Source: Lama glama (lineage: Eukaryota). Taken from it: a DNA stretch of 64,000 nt. This document shows, piece after piece, positions 63,381 through 64,000 of the stretch. The DNA is taken from the NCBI GenBank assembly GCA_028534125.1, contig CM052818.1, positions 4,032,001-4,096,000 of the forward strand. The letters are read 5' to 3'. Under the pieces are notes generated by a model. That model was given only the letters and a program-made list of their open reading frames with translations, was not told where the DNA came from and did no database searches. How positions within the stretch are numbered: position 1 is the first letter of the stretch; each line of letters begins with the position of its first letter. The position numbers were made by a program, and so were the translations under genes.

Positions 63381-63990
63381 TTTTTTTTTTTAATTGAAGT
63401 ATAGTTGATTTACAATGTTGTGTTAGTTTCTGGTGTACAGCATAGTGATGCAGGTGCCCCCATGTTGCTGAAAATGGCATTATTTCATTCTTTTTATGGC
63501 TGAGTAGTATTCCTTGTGTATATATACTGCCAGTCATCTGTTGATGGACACTTAGATTGTTTCCACGTCTTGGCTATTGTAAATAGTGCTGCTATGAACA
63601 TTGGGGTGCATGTATCTTTTCAAATTAGAGTTTTCTCCAGATATATGCCCAGGAGTGGGATTGCTGGATCATATAGTAACTATTTTTAGTTGTTTAAGGA
63701 CTCTTCATACTGTTTCCCATAGAAGCTGCACCAATTTACATCCCCACCAGCAGTGTACGATGGCTCCCTTTTCTCCACACCCTCTGCAGCATTTATCACT
63801 TACGGACTTTTTAATGATGGCCATTCTGACTGGTGTGAGCTGATACCTCATGGTAGTTTTGATTTGCATTTCTCTGATGATTAGTGATATTGAGCATCTT
63901 TCCACATGCCTATTGGCCGTCTGTAGGTCTTGGAGAAATATCTGTTTAGGTCTTCTGCCCATTTTTTGATTGGGTTGTCTGCTTTTTGTT
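63381..63990 (-). mobile_element. L1 3' end plus ORF2 C-terminus, antisense, with an internal 3'UTR deletion
   Basis: Poly-T at 63381; minus-strand ORF ...[26 protein letters not shown]...[10 protein letters not shown]. Confidence 0.93.
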
Positions 63991-64000
63991 CAGCCCACTT

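Noticed and set aside
47100..64000. BMP10 exon 1
   Set aside because: No signal-peptide or prodomain exon was recognised; by synteny it is expected beyond the right edge.
1..64000. CRISPR arrays, operons or other prokaryotic systems
   Set aside because: The sequence is mammalian, with spliced genes and eutherian repeats; no repeat-spacer arrays were seen.

Overview
Mammalian genomic DNA, not prokaryotic. It is most likely a camelid, judging by the tRNA-derived Vic-1-type SINEs and the artiodactyl/camelid-type L1 3' ends. The window covers part of the gastrokine (BRICHOS family) cluster. Two complete six-exon genes were assembled by hand from splice signals and lie tail-to-tail about 2.3 kb apart: GKN2 on + (CDS 15545-22106, 182 aa) and an intact GKN3 on - (CDS 30069-24413, 181 aa, with Trp59 retained, unlike human GKN3P). 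By human synteny, GKN1 should lie left of the window and BMP10 right of it; neither was found here. The rest is intergenic: L1, L2, MIR, MaLR/ERV LTRs, hAT and Tc1/mariner fossils, an ancient RTE fossil, a 500-N gap that looks like an artefact, and an orphan CpG island near 46.6-47.1 kb. The most notable observation is in GKN2. It has lost Cys38, the residue that forms the disulfide with TFF1, but gained a Cys at the position equivalent to human Ser57, plausibly the cross-strand neighbour, so its single free thiol appears to have moved. It also has a promoter-like CpG patch just before exon 4. Almost all ORFs in the supplied track are spurious. Comparisons to human proteins and repeat consensuses are from memory, and repeat boundaries are approximate unless TSDs are given.
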